Origin: Candidatus Eiseniibacteriota bacterium
GTDB lineage: Bacteria; Eisenbacteria; RBG-16-71-46; SZUA-252
DNA length: 64,000 nucleotides
Assembly (NCBI GenBank): GCA_963703225.1
Contig: OY969801.1
Location: 448,001-512,000 of the forward strand
Reading direction: 5' to 3'
In this document: positions 1-9,646 of the stretch, in pieces
Numbering within the stretch: the stretch's first letter is position 1
Layout: every line of letters starts with the position of its first letter
Program-made: the position numbers and the translations under genes
The notes under the pieces: model-generated
What the model saw: only the letters and a program-made list of their open reading frames with translations
The model's database searches: none
Told to the model about the DNA's origin: nothing

Positions 1-2
1 GA

Positions 3-581
3 CGGACCCCCGAGGTGATCTCGCGGCTCATGCAAGGCGCTTCGGTCGCGATCGTTTCCGACGCCGGATCGCCCGGAATCTCCGACCCCGCCTTCACGCT
101 GGTCCGTGCCGCGGTTTTGGCCCACCTCCCCGTCGTGCCGATCCCGGGGCCATCGAGCGCCCTCTGCGCCCTGGAGGTCTCGGGACTCCCGACCGACCGA
201 TTCGCGTTCGAGGGGTTCTTGCCCCGCCGCGGCGGCCGGCGGCGCGCGCGCATCCAGGAGTTGCGCGACGACCCCAGGACCCTCATCTTTTTCGAATCGC
301 CGCACCGCTTGAAGGACGCGCTGGAGGATCTTCTCGAGATCCTCGGAGATCGGCCCGCGTCGATTTCACGGGAGCTGACCAAGAAGTTCGAGGAGACGCG
401 CCGCGGCACGCTCCGGTCGCTTCGCGAGTGGCTCGAGGAGCATCCCCCGCGAGGGGAATTCGTGCTCGTGGTCGCGGCGACACCCCGCGCTGTCGCGGGA
501 GCGAATGAAGGCGAGTCGGGCGAGGACGCGGAAGAGCCCGACCAGGACGACGTGGGCCGGGACGAGGAGGAGGACGAGTGA
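3..581 (+). CDS. rsmI: 16S rRNA (cytidine1402-2'-O)-methyltransferase, 5'-partial
   Basis: Motifs [42 protein letters not shown]. The frame is open to the window edge. Acidic C-terminal tail. Confidence 0.95.
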   Translation, partial: RTPEVISRLMQGASVAIVSDAGSPGISDPAFTLVRAAVLAHLPVVPIPGPSSALCALEVSGLPTDRFAFEGFLPRRGGRRRARIQELRDDPRTLIFFESPHRLKDALEDLLEILGDRPASISRELTKKFEETRRGTLRSLREWLEEHPPRGEFVLVVAATPRAVAGANEGESGEDAEEPDQDDVGRDEEEDE

Positions 582-1231
582 GCGCGAGTTGGAAGGAGCG
601 GGGACGGTCGCTATTTCTCCCGCTGGCGCGCTGGCTGGCCAAGCGGGGCGTCAAGCCCGATCACCTGACGTACGTCGGGCTCGGGCTGTCGCTTCTCGCG
701 GCGACGCTCCTGGGGCGCGGCGACTTCCTGGGCGCGGCCTTCCTGATCGCGTTCTCGGGCCTCTGCGACATTCTGGACGGGGACGTCGCGCGAGAGATCG
801 GAAGCGTCAGCCCCTTCGGGGCGTTCCTCGACTCGACGCTGGATCGGATCGGCGAAGGGGCCCTCTACGCGGGCGTGGCGAACTACTACTACACGCGCGC
901 GCAGGGGGCGGCGCTCTGGCTCAAGGACGAGTTCCGGGCGCAGGCGACCTGGGGCGACCCGGACGGGCACACGATGGCCGTCCTGGCCCTCGCCACGCTC
1001 ATTCTCTCCTTCCTCGTCTCCTACACCCGCGCCCGCGCGGAAGGGCTGGGAATGGAATGCAAGGTGGGGATCATGGAGCGCCCCGAGCGCATGCTAACTC
1101 TCGGCGTGGGAGCGCTTTTGGGACCCCGTTTCCTCCCCGGCATCCTCGGGATCCTTTTCCTATTTACCCTCGTCACGGTGCTCCAACGCGTGTATCATGT
1201 CCATCGCTTGACTCACTCGAAGTCTGCGTAG
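578..1231 (+). CDS. CDP-alcohol phosphatidyltransferase, probable phosphatidylinositol-phosphate synthase
   Basis: Family motif DILDGDVAR...[10 protein letters not shown], plus VSYTRARAE and [12 protein letters not shown] overlap with the rsmI stop. Adjacent to inositol-3-phosphate synthase. Confidence 0.85.
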   Translation: MSASWKERGRSLFLPLARWLAKRGVKPDHLTYVGLGLSLLAATLLGRGDFLGAAFLIAFSGLCDILDGDVAREIGSVSPFGAFLDSTLDRIGEGALYAGVANYYYTRAQGAALWLKDEFRAQATWGDPDGHTMAVLALATLILSFLVSYTRARAEGLGMECKVGIMERPERMLTLGVGALLGPRFLPGILGILFLFTLVTVLQRVYHVHRLTHSKSA

Positions 1232-1314
1232 TGCCCGGGTGGACCGGACCGAGTCCGGCGTCCCGCCCATCGCATCCCGCCAGAGCCATTCCGCGAACGG
1301 AGGTACGAGTTCAG

Positions 1315-2478
1315 ATGGGCAAGATTCGCGTCGGCATCATCGGGGTCGGCAACTGCGCCTCCTCGCTCGTGCAGGGAGTGCACTACTACCGAAACGCGAA
1401 GGAGAACGACTTCGTGCCGGGGTTGATGCACGTGAACCTCGGCGGCTATCACGTCCGCGATATCGAGTTCAGCGCGGCGATCGACATCGACAAGAACAAG
1501 GTCGGTCGCGATCTGGGGGAAGCGATCTACACTTGGCCCAACAATACGTACAAGTTCTGCGACGTCCCGCGGCAGGGGGTCCCGGTGGCCCGCGGCATGA
1601 CGCATGACGGGCTGGGCCAGTATCTCTCCAAGATCATCCACAAGGCGCCCGGCTCCACCGCCGACATCGTGCGGCTTCTGCGCGACACCAAGACCGACGT
1701 CGTCATCAACTACTTGCCGGTGGGCAGCGAAGAGGCCACCAAGTGGTACGTCGAGCAAATACTGGAAGCCGGCTGCGCGTTCGTGAACGCGATTCCGGTC
1801 TTCATCGCTCGCGAGAAGTACTGGCAGCGCCGGTTCGAACAGAAGAAGCTTCCGGTGATCGGGGACGACATCAAGTCGCAGGTGGGCGCGACCATCGTGC
1901 ATCGGGTCATGACCCGCCTCTTCCGGGAACGCGGCGTTCGGCTGGAGCGGACAAGCCAGCTCAACGTCGGCGGGAATACCGACTTCCTCAACATGCTCGA
2001 GCGGTCGCGGCTGGAATCGAAGAAGATCTCCAAGACCAACGCGGTCACTTCGATGCTCGACTACGACATCGGCGAGAAGAACGTGCACATCGGTCCCAGC
2101 GACTACGTCGAGTGGCTCGACGACCGCAAGTGGGCGTACATCCGGATGGAAGGCCGCACGTTTGGCGACGTGCCGCTGAACGTGGAAATGAAGCTGGAGG
2201 TTTGGGATTCGCCCAATTCGGCCGGCGTGATCATCGACGCCGTCCGCTGCGCCAAGCTGGCGCTTGATAACGGGCTCTCCGGCGCCATGATCGCTCCCTC
2301 GGCCTACTTCAAAAAGTCGCCGCCGATCCAGTACCCGGACGACGTGGCGCGCCAGATGGTCGAGGATTTCATCGCCAAGTACGGCTCGAAGGGGGCCCGC
2401 GCCACGAAGGCAGAGAAGCCCAAGCGGGTCGCGGCGCCCCGGAGCGGGCTGAAGCGGGCCGCCCGGCGCAGCGCCTGA
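1315..2478 (+). CDS. ino1: Inositol-3-phosphate (myo-inositol-1-phosphate) synthase
   Basis: [58 protein letters not shown] at 1315 follows GGAGG; the ORF-track start at 505 is a spurious extension. Confidence 0.95.
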   Translation: MGKIRVGIIGVGNCASSLVQGVHYYRNAKENDFVPGLMHVNLGGYHVRDIEFSAAIDIDKNKVGRDLGEAIYTWPNNTYKFCDVPRQGVPVARGMTHDGLGQYLSKIIHKAPGSTADIVRLLRDTKTDVVINYLPVGSEEATKWYVEQILEAGCAFVNAIPVFIAREKYWQRRFEQKKLPVIGDDIKSQVGATIVHRVMTRLFRERGVRLERTSQLNVGGNTDFLNMLERSRLESKKISKTNAVTSMLDYDIGEKNVHIGPSDYVEWLDDRKWAYIRMEGRTFGDVPLNVEMKLEVWDSPNSAGVIIDAVRCAKLALDNGLSGAMIAPSAYFKKSPPIQYPDDVARQMVEDFIAKYGSKGARATKAEKPKRVAAPRSGLKRAARRSA

Positions 2479-3155
2479 CCCACGGCAAGGCTCGGCCCAG
2501 CAGGCGCGGCCTCCTCCTGACACTGGAGGGGATCGAGGGGTCGGGGAAGACGACCCAGGCCCAGCGGATCAAGGCCCTGCTCGATTCTCGGGGCATCCCG
2601 GCGCTTCTCACCCGCGAGCCCGGGGGCTCGCCCCTCGCGGAGAAGATTCGCGAGCTGGTGTTGGTTCCGGGGGCGGAGCCGCTCCACCCCCAGACCGAGC
2701 TGCTGCTCTTTCTGGCGGCCCGAGCCCAGCACGTTCGTCGGGTCATCGGCCCCGCCCTGGAGCGCGGCGACGTGGTGGTCTGCGACCGGTTCACGGACGC
2801 GACCCTCGCCTACCAGGGAGGCGGTCGCACGATGCCGGACGAGTTTCTCCGCTCGCTCAACGACTGGGCGACGGGAGCCATTTGCCCGTCAAGGACTTAT
2901 CTGCTAGACGTACCGGTCGAGGTCGGAATGTCCCGGGCGCGCGATCGGCGGGCGCGCACGGCGCCCGACCGGATTGAGGCCGAGGGGGAGGCGTTCTTCG
3001 AAGGGGTCCGAAATCGGTACCTCGAGCTGGCTCGGCGGGAGCCGGAACGAATTGTCGTGCTTCGGGGTACGGATCCAGAGGAAGATATCTCGCATCAAAT
3101 AGAGAAAGACTTGGATTTGCTGCTCAGCGGCCGGATTACTCCTACACCGAGGTGA
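2475..3155 (+). CDS. tmk: Thymidylate kinase (apparent CTG start)
   Basis: In-frame P-loop [12 protein letters not shown] and TREPGG lie upstream of the track's 2658 start; [12 protein letters not shown] and [13 protein letters not shown] follow. The best start candidate is CTG at 2475, overlapping the ino1 TGA. Confidence 0.9.
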   Translation: MTHGKARPSRRGLLLTLEGIEGSGKTTQAQRIKALLDSRGIPALLTREPGGSPLAEKIRELVLVPGAEPLHPQTELLLFLAARAQHVRRVIGPALERGDVVVCDRFTDATLAYQGGGRTMPDEFLRSLNDWATGAICPSRTYLLDVPVEVGMSRARDRRARTAPDRIEAEGEAFFEGVRNRYLELARREPERIVVLRGTDPEEDISHQIEKDLDLLLSGRITPTPR

Positions 3156-3162
3156 ACCGCAC

Positions 3163-4800
3163 ATGAATCGAAGGCAGCTCTTCGCGGTCGTCGTACTCGT
3201 CGCGGCCCTGGTCGCCGGAACCTGGGCGGTCGGCAGGGTCCAGGAAACGACCGACAACACCTACGCGAACATCGAGCGGTTCATCCAGGTCCTGACCAAG
3301 GTCCGGGACCATTACGTCGAATCGGTCACCACCGACAAGCTGATGGACTCGGCGATCCGCGGCATGCTCCGCACCCTCGACCCCTACTCGCAGTACCTGG
3401 ACAAGGAAGAGGCGGAAAAGCTCGAGACCACCACCCACGGCTCCTTCGGCGGCATCGGGATCTCGATCGGGATCCGCGACGGCTGGGTGACGGTCATCTC
3501 GCCCATCGAGGGCACGCCGGCGTGGCGCGCCGGCATCCAGGGCGGCGACCGGATCATCAAGATCGACGGCGTCTCGAGCGAGGGGCTTTCGCTGGACGAC
3601 GCGATGAAGAAGATGCGCGGCGAGCGCGGGACCAAGGTCGAGCTCTCGATCTATCGCGAGGGCCGCGAACGCCCCATGGACTTCTCGATCACCCGCGACA
3701 TCATCCAGATCAAGAGCGTCCCCTACGCCGGGCTCCTCTCGAGCGGCGTGGGCTACGTTCGGCTCTCCAATTTCTCGGAGCGGAGCCGCGAGGAGATCGA
3801 CGCGGCCATCGCCAAGATCGAAAAGCAAAATCCGCGCGGGCTCATTCTGGACCTCCGCTACAACCCCGGCGGACTGCTGTCGCAGGCGGTCGAGGTGTCG
3901 GAGGAGTTCACCCCCCGCGGCAAGAAGATCGTTTATACGCGCGGACGCGACGCGTCTCAGAACAGGGATTTCTACTCCTCGTCCAGCAGCCCGCACACCT
4001 CCTATCCGCTGGTGGTGCTCGTGAATCAGTGGACGGCGAGCGCCTCGGAGATCGTCTCGGGCGCGGTGCAGGATCTGGATTTGGGCGTCGTGGTCGGGCG
4101 TACGACGTTCGGCAAGGGGCTCGTACAGACGGTGATTCCGCTGACGCGGAGCGTGAGCGGACCCAAGCTCAAGCTGACGACCGCCAAGTACTACACGCCG
4201 AGCGGCCGCTGCATCCAGAAGGAGGAACAGCTCAAGGACGGGGCCTTGGCCGAGGAGGACGACACCGACGGATCGAGCAGCTCTCTTCCCGACTCGCTCA
4301 AGGCCCACAAGCCGCCCCCCGAGTACCGGACCGAGATGGGCCGGGTGGTTTACGGAGGCGGCGGGATCATCCCCGACCTCGAGCTGGACGACGTTCGCTA
4401 TCCGCGCATCATCGAAGACCTGGAATCGAAGCAGCTCTTCTTCAAGTACGCGGTCAAGTACGCGGTCAAGCACAAGGACGCGCCCGCGAATTACGCGATC
4501 AGCTCGGGCATGAAGGACGAATTCGCGATGCTCCTAAAGACGGAGAAGTTCGAGTACAACGCCGATTCCCTGGCCGCCGCGCAGCATTGGGTGGAGACCG
4601 GGATGCGGCGCGAGCTGGCCCGCCGCTTCGTGGGCGATGAGGAGGCCTACCGCGTGGCGCTGGAGGACGACGAGCAGGTGCGTCAATCCGCGGCACTCTT
4701 CGACAAGGCCTCCACGCTGCCGAAGCTCCTCGCCCTGGCCACCGAGATGAACAAGGCGAAGGCCGTGGCCACCCAGGGCAAGGAAATCGACGTCCGGTAA
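3163..4800 (+). CDS. S41 family carboxy-terminal processing protease (PDZ)
   Basis: N-terminal signal/anchor, LDPYS, GIG PDZ motif, LDLRYNPGGLL, TASASEIVSGAVQD, TFGKGLVQ, YYTPSGRCIQ. Confidence 0.93.
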   Translation: MNRRQLFAVVVLVAALVAGTWAVGRVQETTDNTYANIERFIQVLTKVRDHYVESVTTDKLMDSAIRGMLRTLDPYSQYLDKEEAEKLETTTHGSFGGIGISIGIRDGWVTVISPIEGTPAWRAGIQGGDRIIKIDGVSSEGLSLDDAMKKMRGERGTKVELSIYREGRERPMDFSITRDIIQIKSVPYAGLLSSGVGYVRLSNFSERSREEIDAAIAKIEKQNPRGLILDLRYNPGGLLSQAVEVSEEFTPRGKKIVYTRGRDASQNRDFYSSSSSPHTSYPLVVLVNQWTASASEIVSGAVQDLDLGVVVGRTTFGKGLVQTVIPLTRSVSGPKLKLTTAKYYTPSGRCIQKEEQLKDGALAEEDDTDGSSSSLPDSLKAHKPPPEYRTEMGRVVYGGGGIIPDLELDDVRYPRIIEDLESKQLFFKYAVKYAVKHKDAPANYAISSGMKDEFAMLLKTEKFEYNADSLAAAQHWVETGMRRELARRFVGDEEAYRVALEDDEQVRQSAALFDKASTLPKLLALATEMNKAKAVATQGKEIDVR

Positions 4801-4803
4801 TTC

Positions 4804-5874
4804 ATGCAGGCCGGATCCGTCCGTCTCCCCGGCAGGGTGCTCCTTTCGCCGCTCTGCGGCGTGACCGATTCTCCCTTCCGGAGATTGGCTCGCCGGCATG
4901 GCGCGGCCATGGTCTTCTGCGAGATGACCTCCTCGGACGGGCTCGTCCGAAAGAATCCCAAGACATTCGAGCTGCTCGAGTACCGCGAAGAAGAGCGGCC
5001 CGTCGGCGCGCAGCTCTGCGGCGCCGATCCGGCCGTCATGGCCGACGCGGCCCGGATGGTCGCCGACCTCGGCTTCGACACGATCGATCTGAATTACGGC
5101 TGCCCGGTCCGCAAGGTGATCGCGCGGGAGGCGGGCGCGGCCATGCTCACCGACATGGATCGGCTGGAGCGGGTCACGGCCGCCGTGGTCAACGCGGTCT
5201 CCCTACCCGTCACGGCCAAGATCCGGATCGGCTGGGACCAGAACTCCACCAACGCCCCGGACGTGGCGCGGGTGCTCGAGCGGTCCGGCGTCCGATGGAT
5301 CACCGTGCACGCCCGTGCCCGCTCCGAAAAGTTTGCCGGCCAGGCGCACTGGGAGGTGATCGGCCAGGTCAAGGAAGCCGTGACGCTCCCCGTGATCGGA
5401 AATGGCGACGTCAAGGCGCCGGAGGACGCCGAGCGGATGATCCGCGAGACCGGCTGCGACGGCGTCATGGTGGGGCGTGGATCGTTCGGCAATCCTTGGC
5501 TCTTCGGCCGCGCCCAGCGGCTCCTGGACAGCGGCGATCCCGGGCCCGAGCCGACGCCGAGGGAGCGGATCGAGACCGCGGTTTCCCATCTCCACGATCT
5601 GGCGCAGAAGAAGGGGGAGTACGCGGCGACCCTGATGCGCAAGCACATCGCATGGTACGTGCGCGGCCTCTACGACAACTCGGCGCTCTGTCGGGAAGTG
5701 AACCACGCCAAGACCCCCGCGGAGACCGAGGCGCTCCTCTGGCGCTACCTCGAGAAGCTGGAACGCGCGCCGACTCCCTACGCGCCCATTCATGCGGAGC
5801 CCGGGGAGGAGGCGGAGGAGCGCGGCGCGGAGGCCGCCTCCGCCGAGATGAATGGATCCTGCTCGCCTCCGTAA
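4804..5874 (+). CDS. dusB: tRNA-dihydrouridine synthase
   Basis: PLCGVTDSPFR, IDLNYGCP, VTAKIRIGWD, GNGDV, DGVMVGRGSFGNPW, MRKHIAWY. Confidence 0.9.
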   Translation: MQAGSVRLPGRVLLSPLCGVTDSPFRRLARRHGAAMVFCEMTSSDGLVRKNPKTFELLEYREEERPVGAQLCGADPAVMADAARMVADLGFDTIDLNYGCPVRKVIAREAGAAMLTDMDRLERVTAAVVNAVSLPVTAKIRIGWDQNSTNAPDVARVLERSGVRWITVHARARSEKFAGQAHWEVIGQVKEAVTLPVIGNGDVKAPEDAERMIRETGCDGVMVGRGSFGNPWLFGRAQRLLDSGDPGPEPTPRERIETAVSHLHDLAQKKGEYAATLMRKHIAWYVRGLYDNSALCREVNHAKTPAETEALLWRYLEKLERAPTPYAPIHAEPGEEAEERGAEAASAEMNGSCSPP

Positions 5875-6649
5875 GATTCTCGGAGACGTTCGCCGCGGTC
5901 GTCTCGGCACGCGGGAGGCTCTCGAGGCTCTCGCCCGGCTCCCGTTCGAGACCGTCGGCCCAGCCTTAGTCGACCACCACCGAAGTCTCCGCCAGCACCT
6001 TCCCGAAGTCATCTATTGCCAGGGAAAGACCGCGCCGCAATGCGTCGCGATCGCGCGCTCGATCGTCAAGAAGAGCGGGCGCTGCCTGGCCACGCGGGCA
6101 TCCCGCGCCCAGGCGGGGTCCCTCCTGGGCGCGTTCGGCGACGAGGCGACCTGGAACGAGGCGGCGCGCGCCGTGGTCATCGAGCGGCGAAAGCGCGCGG
6201 GAAGGCGCTCGGGCCGGCGCCCAGCGCGAACGAGCGGCTCGGTGCTCGTGGTCAGCGCCGGGACCTCGGACCTGCCCGTCGCGGAGGAGGCCGTCGTGAC
6301 CTTGGATTTCATGGGAGTGCCCGTTAGCCGGGTGTACGATGCAGGTGTGGCGGGAATCCACAGGCTTCTCGCCCACATGGGCGCGCTCCGGAGCGCCTCG
6401 GCGGTGGTCGTCGTGGCGGGCATGGAAGGCGCCCTCGCGAGCGTCGTGGGCGGGATCACCGATCGCCCCGTGATCGCGGTTCCGACGAGCGTCGGCTACG
6501 GCGCCTCGTACGGCGGACTGGCGGCGCTCCTCGCGATGTTGAATTCCTGCGCCGCGGGAGTCACCGTGGTCAACATCGACAACGGTTTCGGCGCCGGCTA
6601 CGCCGCCGGCGTCATCGCGCGCCAGTCGAGCGCGAGGAGACGTGCATGA
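5852..6649 (+). CDS. larB: Nickel-pincer cofactor biosynthesis protein LarB (PurE-like NaAD carboxylase/hydrolase)
   Basis: PEVIYCQGKT, AGTSDLPVAEEA, DAGVAGIHRL, AGMEGALASVVGG, PTSVGYGAS, VVNIDNGFGAG. Confidence 0.93.
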   Translation: MDPARLRKILGDVRRGRLGTREALEALARLPFETVGPALVDHHRSLRQHLPEVIYCQGKTAPQCVAIARSIVKKSGRCLATRASRAQAGSLLGAFGDEATWNEAARAVVIERRKRAGRRSGRRPARTSGSVLVVSAGTSDLPVAEEAVVTLDFMGVPVSRVYDAGVAGIHRLLAHMGALRSASAVVVVAGMEGALASVVGGITDRPVIAVPTSVGYGASYGGLAALLAMLNSCAAGVTVVNIDNGFGAGYAAGVIARQSSARRRA

Positions 6650-7853
6650 CGACTTCAGGGGCGGTCCGCGCGTGAGCATCGTCTACTTCGACTGCGTCGC
6701 CGGGGCATCGGGCGACATGGTTCTCGGGTCGCTGGTCGCGCTCGGCGCGCCGCTCCAGGAGATCGAGCGAAAGCTGAAGGCCCTCCCGCTCGAGGGATTC
6801 ACCCTCGGCGAGGCGCGGGTAGAGCGCCACGGCTTCGAGGCCTTTCAACTCCAGGTCGAGACGCGGGACACAAAGTCCCATCGTCATTTCACCGAAATCC
6901 GCCGCCTCTTGGAAGGCGCGAAGCTTCCCGAGCGCGTGCTCCGGCGCGCGCTCGGCACGTTCGAGGTGCTCGGCAAGGCCGAGGCGGAGGCGCACGGCGT
7001 GCCGCTCGAGAAGGTGCATTTCCACGAGGTCGGCGCGGTCGACGCGATCGTCGACATCGTCGGCACCGCCTGGGCGCTGGAGCTGCTTGGCGTGGAGCGC
7101 TGCCATGCGTCGGTGATTCCGCAGGGCCGCGGCTTTGTGAAGTCCGCGCACGGGGTGCTGCCCGTGCCGGCGCCGGCGACGCTTCGAATCTTGGAAGGTG
7201 TCGCCGTGCGGGCGACCGAAATCGAAGCGGAGCTGACGACGCCCACCGGCGCCGCGCTCCTCAAGACGCTCTGCGAGACCATCGGCGAACCTGTCGGGAT
7301 CCGACCGCGGAAGATCGGCGTGGCCACCGGCACCCTGGACCTCAAGGAGAGGCCGAACATCCTCCGCGCCATCCTGGGCGATCCGCTCGTCGGCGAGGGC
7401 GCCGGCTCGGTCGAGGTCCTCGAAACCACGATCGACGACATGAACCCGCAACTCTACGGCCACCTGACCGAGGCTCTCTTCGAGAGCGGCGCGGCGGAGG
7501 TCTTTCTCACGCCGGTCCAAATGAAGAAGGGGAGACCCGGCGTCCTGGTCACGGCCCTGTGCGACCCCCGACGCTCCTCCGCGGTGGTCGACCGCCTCTT
7601 CGCGGAATCCTCCACCATCGGCCTCCGCGTGAGGCGGGAGGGGCGGATCGAGCTCCGCCGCTCGATCCAGGAGGTGGAGACTCCCGTCGGACGCGTGCGC
7701 GTCAAGACGATCGTCCTCCCTTCGGGTGAGGAGCGCAGGGTCCCCGAATACGAGGACTTGAGGCGGGTCGCTCAAGCCACCGGTAGGCCGCTCATCGAAA
7801 TCATGGAGGAGGTCCGCGCCCACCTGCTGGAGGGCACCCGGTCCCCAACGTGA
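6642..7853 (+). CDS. larC: Nickel-pincer cofactor nickel insertase LarC
   Basis: YFDCVAGASGDM, HFHEVGAVDAIVDIVG, HGVLPVPAPAT, ELTTPTGAA, ETTIDDMNPQ, MKKGRPG, PEYED. Alternative start GTG at 6672. Confidence 0.93.
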   Translation: MHDDFRGGPRVSIVYFDCVAGASGDMVLGSLVALGAPLQEIERKLKALPLEGFTLGEARVERHGFEAFQLQVETRDTKSHRHFTEIRRLLEGAKLPERVLRRALGTFEVLGKAEAEAHGVPLEKVHFHEVGAVDAIVDIVGTAWALELLGVERCHASVIPQGRGFVKSAHGVLPVPAPATLRILEGVAVRATEIEAELTTPTGAALLKTLCETIGEPVGIRPRKIGVATGTLDLKERPNILRAILGDPLVGEGAGSVEVLETTIDDMNPQLYGHLTEALFESGAAEVFLTPVQMKKGRPGVLVTALCDPRRSSAVVDRLFAESSTIGLRVRREGRIELRRSIQEVETPVGRVRVKTIVLPSGEERRVPEYEDLRRVAQATGRPLIEIMEEVRAHLLEGTRSPT

Positions 7854-9646
7854 TCCGGCTCGAGGCGGCGACGGCCACGGTTCCGGCGGCCTCGGCCCAC
7901 GACGCCCCTCGTCCCATCCTCCGCGAGCTGAACGCGGAATTCCGGCCCGGCGAGATCCACCTCATCCTCGGGCCGAACGGCGCCGGCAAGACCACCCTGA
8001 TCCGGCTTCTCGCGGGGATGGTGCGGCCGACATCGGGTCGCGTCCTCCACTTTGGGGTCCCCGACGGGCCGGAGCGCGGCCGTTCGCCTCTCTGGCCGCG
8101 CGTCGCGGTTCTCTTCGAGGAACCCGATCCCCAATTCCTCACCGACACGGTCGAGGCCGAGGTCGCCTTTGGGCTCGAGTCCATCGGCCTCCCACCGGAG
8201 AGGATCCGGTCTCGAACGGGAGAGGTGCTCGAGTCGTTCGAGCTCGCGGGCTTCGAGCGACGCGCGCCGCTCTCCTTGAGCGCCGGTGAGAAGGTCCGCG
8301 CGCTCCTGGCCGCCGCGATGGCCGGCCGGCCGAAGGTCCTGCTCATCGACCAAGCATTCGCTCACCTGGATCCGGGCCATCGACGCGCCATCGAGCGTCG
8401 GCTCGTGACCGACGCGCTCTCGAGCGAAAGCACCCTGATTCGAACCCATCAAGATTCTGACTCCCCGCATGCGGGAGAACGGCTCCAGATTCTCGACGGA
8501 GCCCGGCTCGCCGATGCGACAGACCTGTCGCCTTCGTCGGTCCTCGAGGCTGAGCGCGTCGCCCTCCCCCTCCCGATGCGCCTCTCGGCGCTCCTCGCAG
8601 GGCGGGGCATGTGGGACGGGCCCCTCGCGAAGGATTCGATGTCGCTCGCGCTAGGCTTGGGTATTGGGCACTCGTGCGTCGGCGCCGTGCGCTGGGACGA
8701 GTCCCCGGACTGGGGGGGCGTCGCCCTCGCCCCACCGGTCGCGTCGCCCCCCATCCACTCCGGCGACGCGGTGCTCGCGATCCAGGGCGTCGACTACGCG
8801 GCGGGGGGAGGAAGCGCGCGTGCGCCTCTGCTCGACGGAATCTCTCTGGAGTTGCGCGGGGGGGAGGTGGCCGCGTTGGTCGGGGTGAGCGGGTCGGGAA
8901 AGAGCACTCTGCTCAAGCTCGCGGCAGGGCTTCTCGCGCCCACAGCAGGCTCTGTGCGTCGGGCGCTCCCCCGAGGCTCACGAGGGCGATCGACGGGGCT
9001 TGCCCTCGAGTATCCCGAAAGGCAACTCTTTGGACGAACCGTGGAGGAGGACGTGGAAGCGTCTCTCTGGGTCGAGGGCGTGCCCTTGGCCGAGCGTCGA
9101 GCGCGTGGGCGCCAGGCATTGGATCTCGTCGGCCTCGATCCCGATCGGTTTCGTTTGCGCGTTCCGCTCACATTGAGCGAGGGCGAGAAACGGAGGGTGG
9201 CGCTGGCCTCACTTCTCGCGGACCGGCCGAGCGTGATCCTCCTGGACGAGCCGACCGCCGGGCTCGATCCCGGGGGAAGGCGCGCCCTGGTGAGCGCGGT
9301 GCTTGGGTTGAGCGCCGGGGGCCACGCGATCTTGCTGGCGAGCCACGACCTCGACTTCGTCTCCTCGGTCGCCGATCGAGTCTACGTGCTCGGGCGGGAG
9401 AGAGGGGAGCCGGGCTCGACTCTGGCCGCGGGAGCTCCAGCCTCGATCTTCCGCGACCCGGCGCTCCTACGACGCGCGGCGCTTCCGGCGCCCGACTTCC
9501 TCTGGGCCGAGTGGGCGCTCCGTTGCAGAGGACTGCTCGGGGCCGACCCGGTGCGCGACGCCGATTCGCTCCTTTCGGGGCTGGCGCGAGGTCTCGCGGC
9601 CGGGACCGCCGCCGCGACAGGGTCGCGGGCGGCGCTGGACCGATGA
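7850..9646 (+). CDS. Tandem (two-NBD) ECF/CbiO-type ABC ATPase
   Basis: Two Walker A motifs (GPNGAGKT, GVSGSGKS), signatures LSAGEK and LSEGEKRR, second Walker B LLDEPTAGLD, and ECF-like segments QFLTDTVEAEVAFG and QLFGRTVEED. Confidence 0.85.
   Translation: MIRLEAATATVPAASAHDAPRPILRELNAEFRPGEIHLILGPNGAGKTTLIRLLAGMVRPTSGRVLHFGVPDGPERGRSPLWPRVAVLFEEPDPQFLTDTVEAEVAFGLESIGLPPERIRSRTGEVLESFELAGFERRAPLSLSAGEKVRALLAAAMAGRPKVLLIDQAFAHLDPGHRRAIERRLVTDALSSESTLIRTHQDSDSPHAGERLQILDGARLADATDLSPSSVLEAERVALPLPMRLSALLAGRGMWDGPLAKDSMSLALGLGIGHSCVGAVRWDESPDWGGVALAPPVASPPIHSGDAVLAIQGVDYAAGGGSARAPLLDGISLELRGGEVAALVGVSGSGKSTLLKLAAGLLAPTAGSVRRALPRGSRGRSTGLALEYPERQLFGRTVEEDVEASLWVEGVPLAERRARGRQALDLVGLDPDRFRLRVPLTLSEGEKRRVALASLLADRPSVILLDEPTAGLDPGGRRALVSAVLGLSAGGHAILLASHDLDFVSSVADRVYVLGRERGEPGSTLAAGAPASIFRDPALLRRAALPAPDFLWAEWALRCRGLLGADPVRDADSLLSGLARGLAAGTAAATGSRAALDR

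Noticed and set aside
6642..7853. Programmed ribosomal frameshift in larC, as known in some lactobacilli
   Set aside because: larC is a single continuous frame here.
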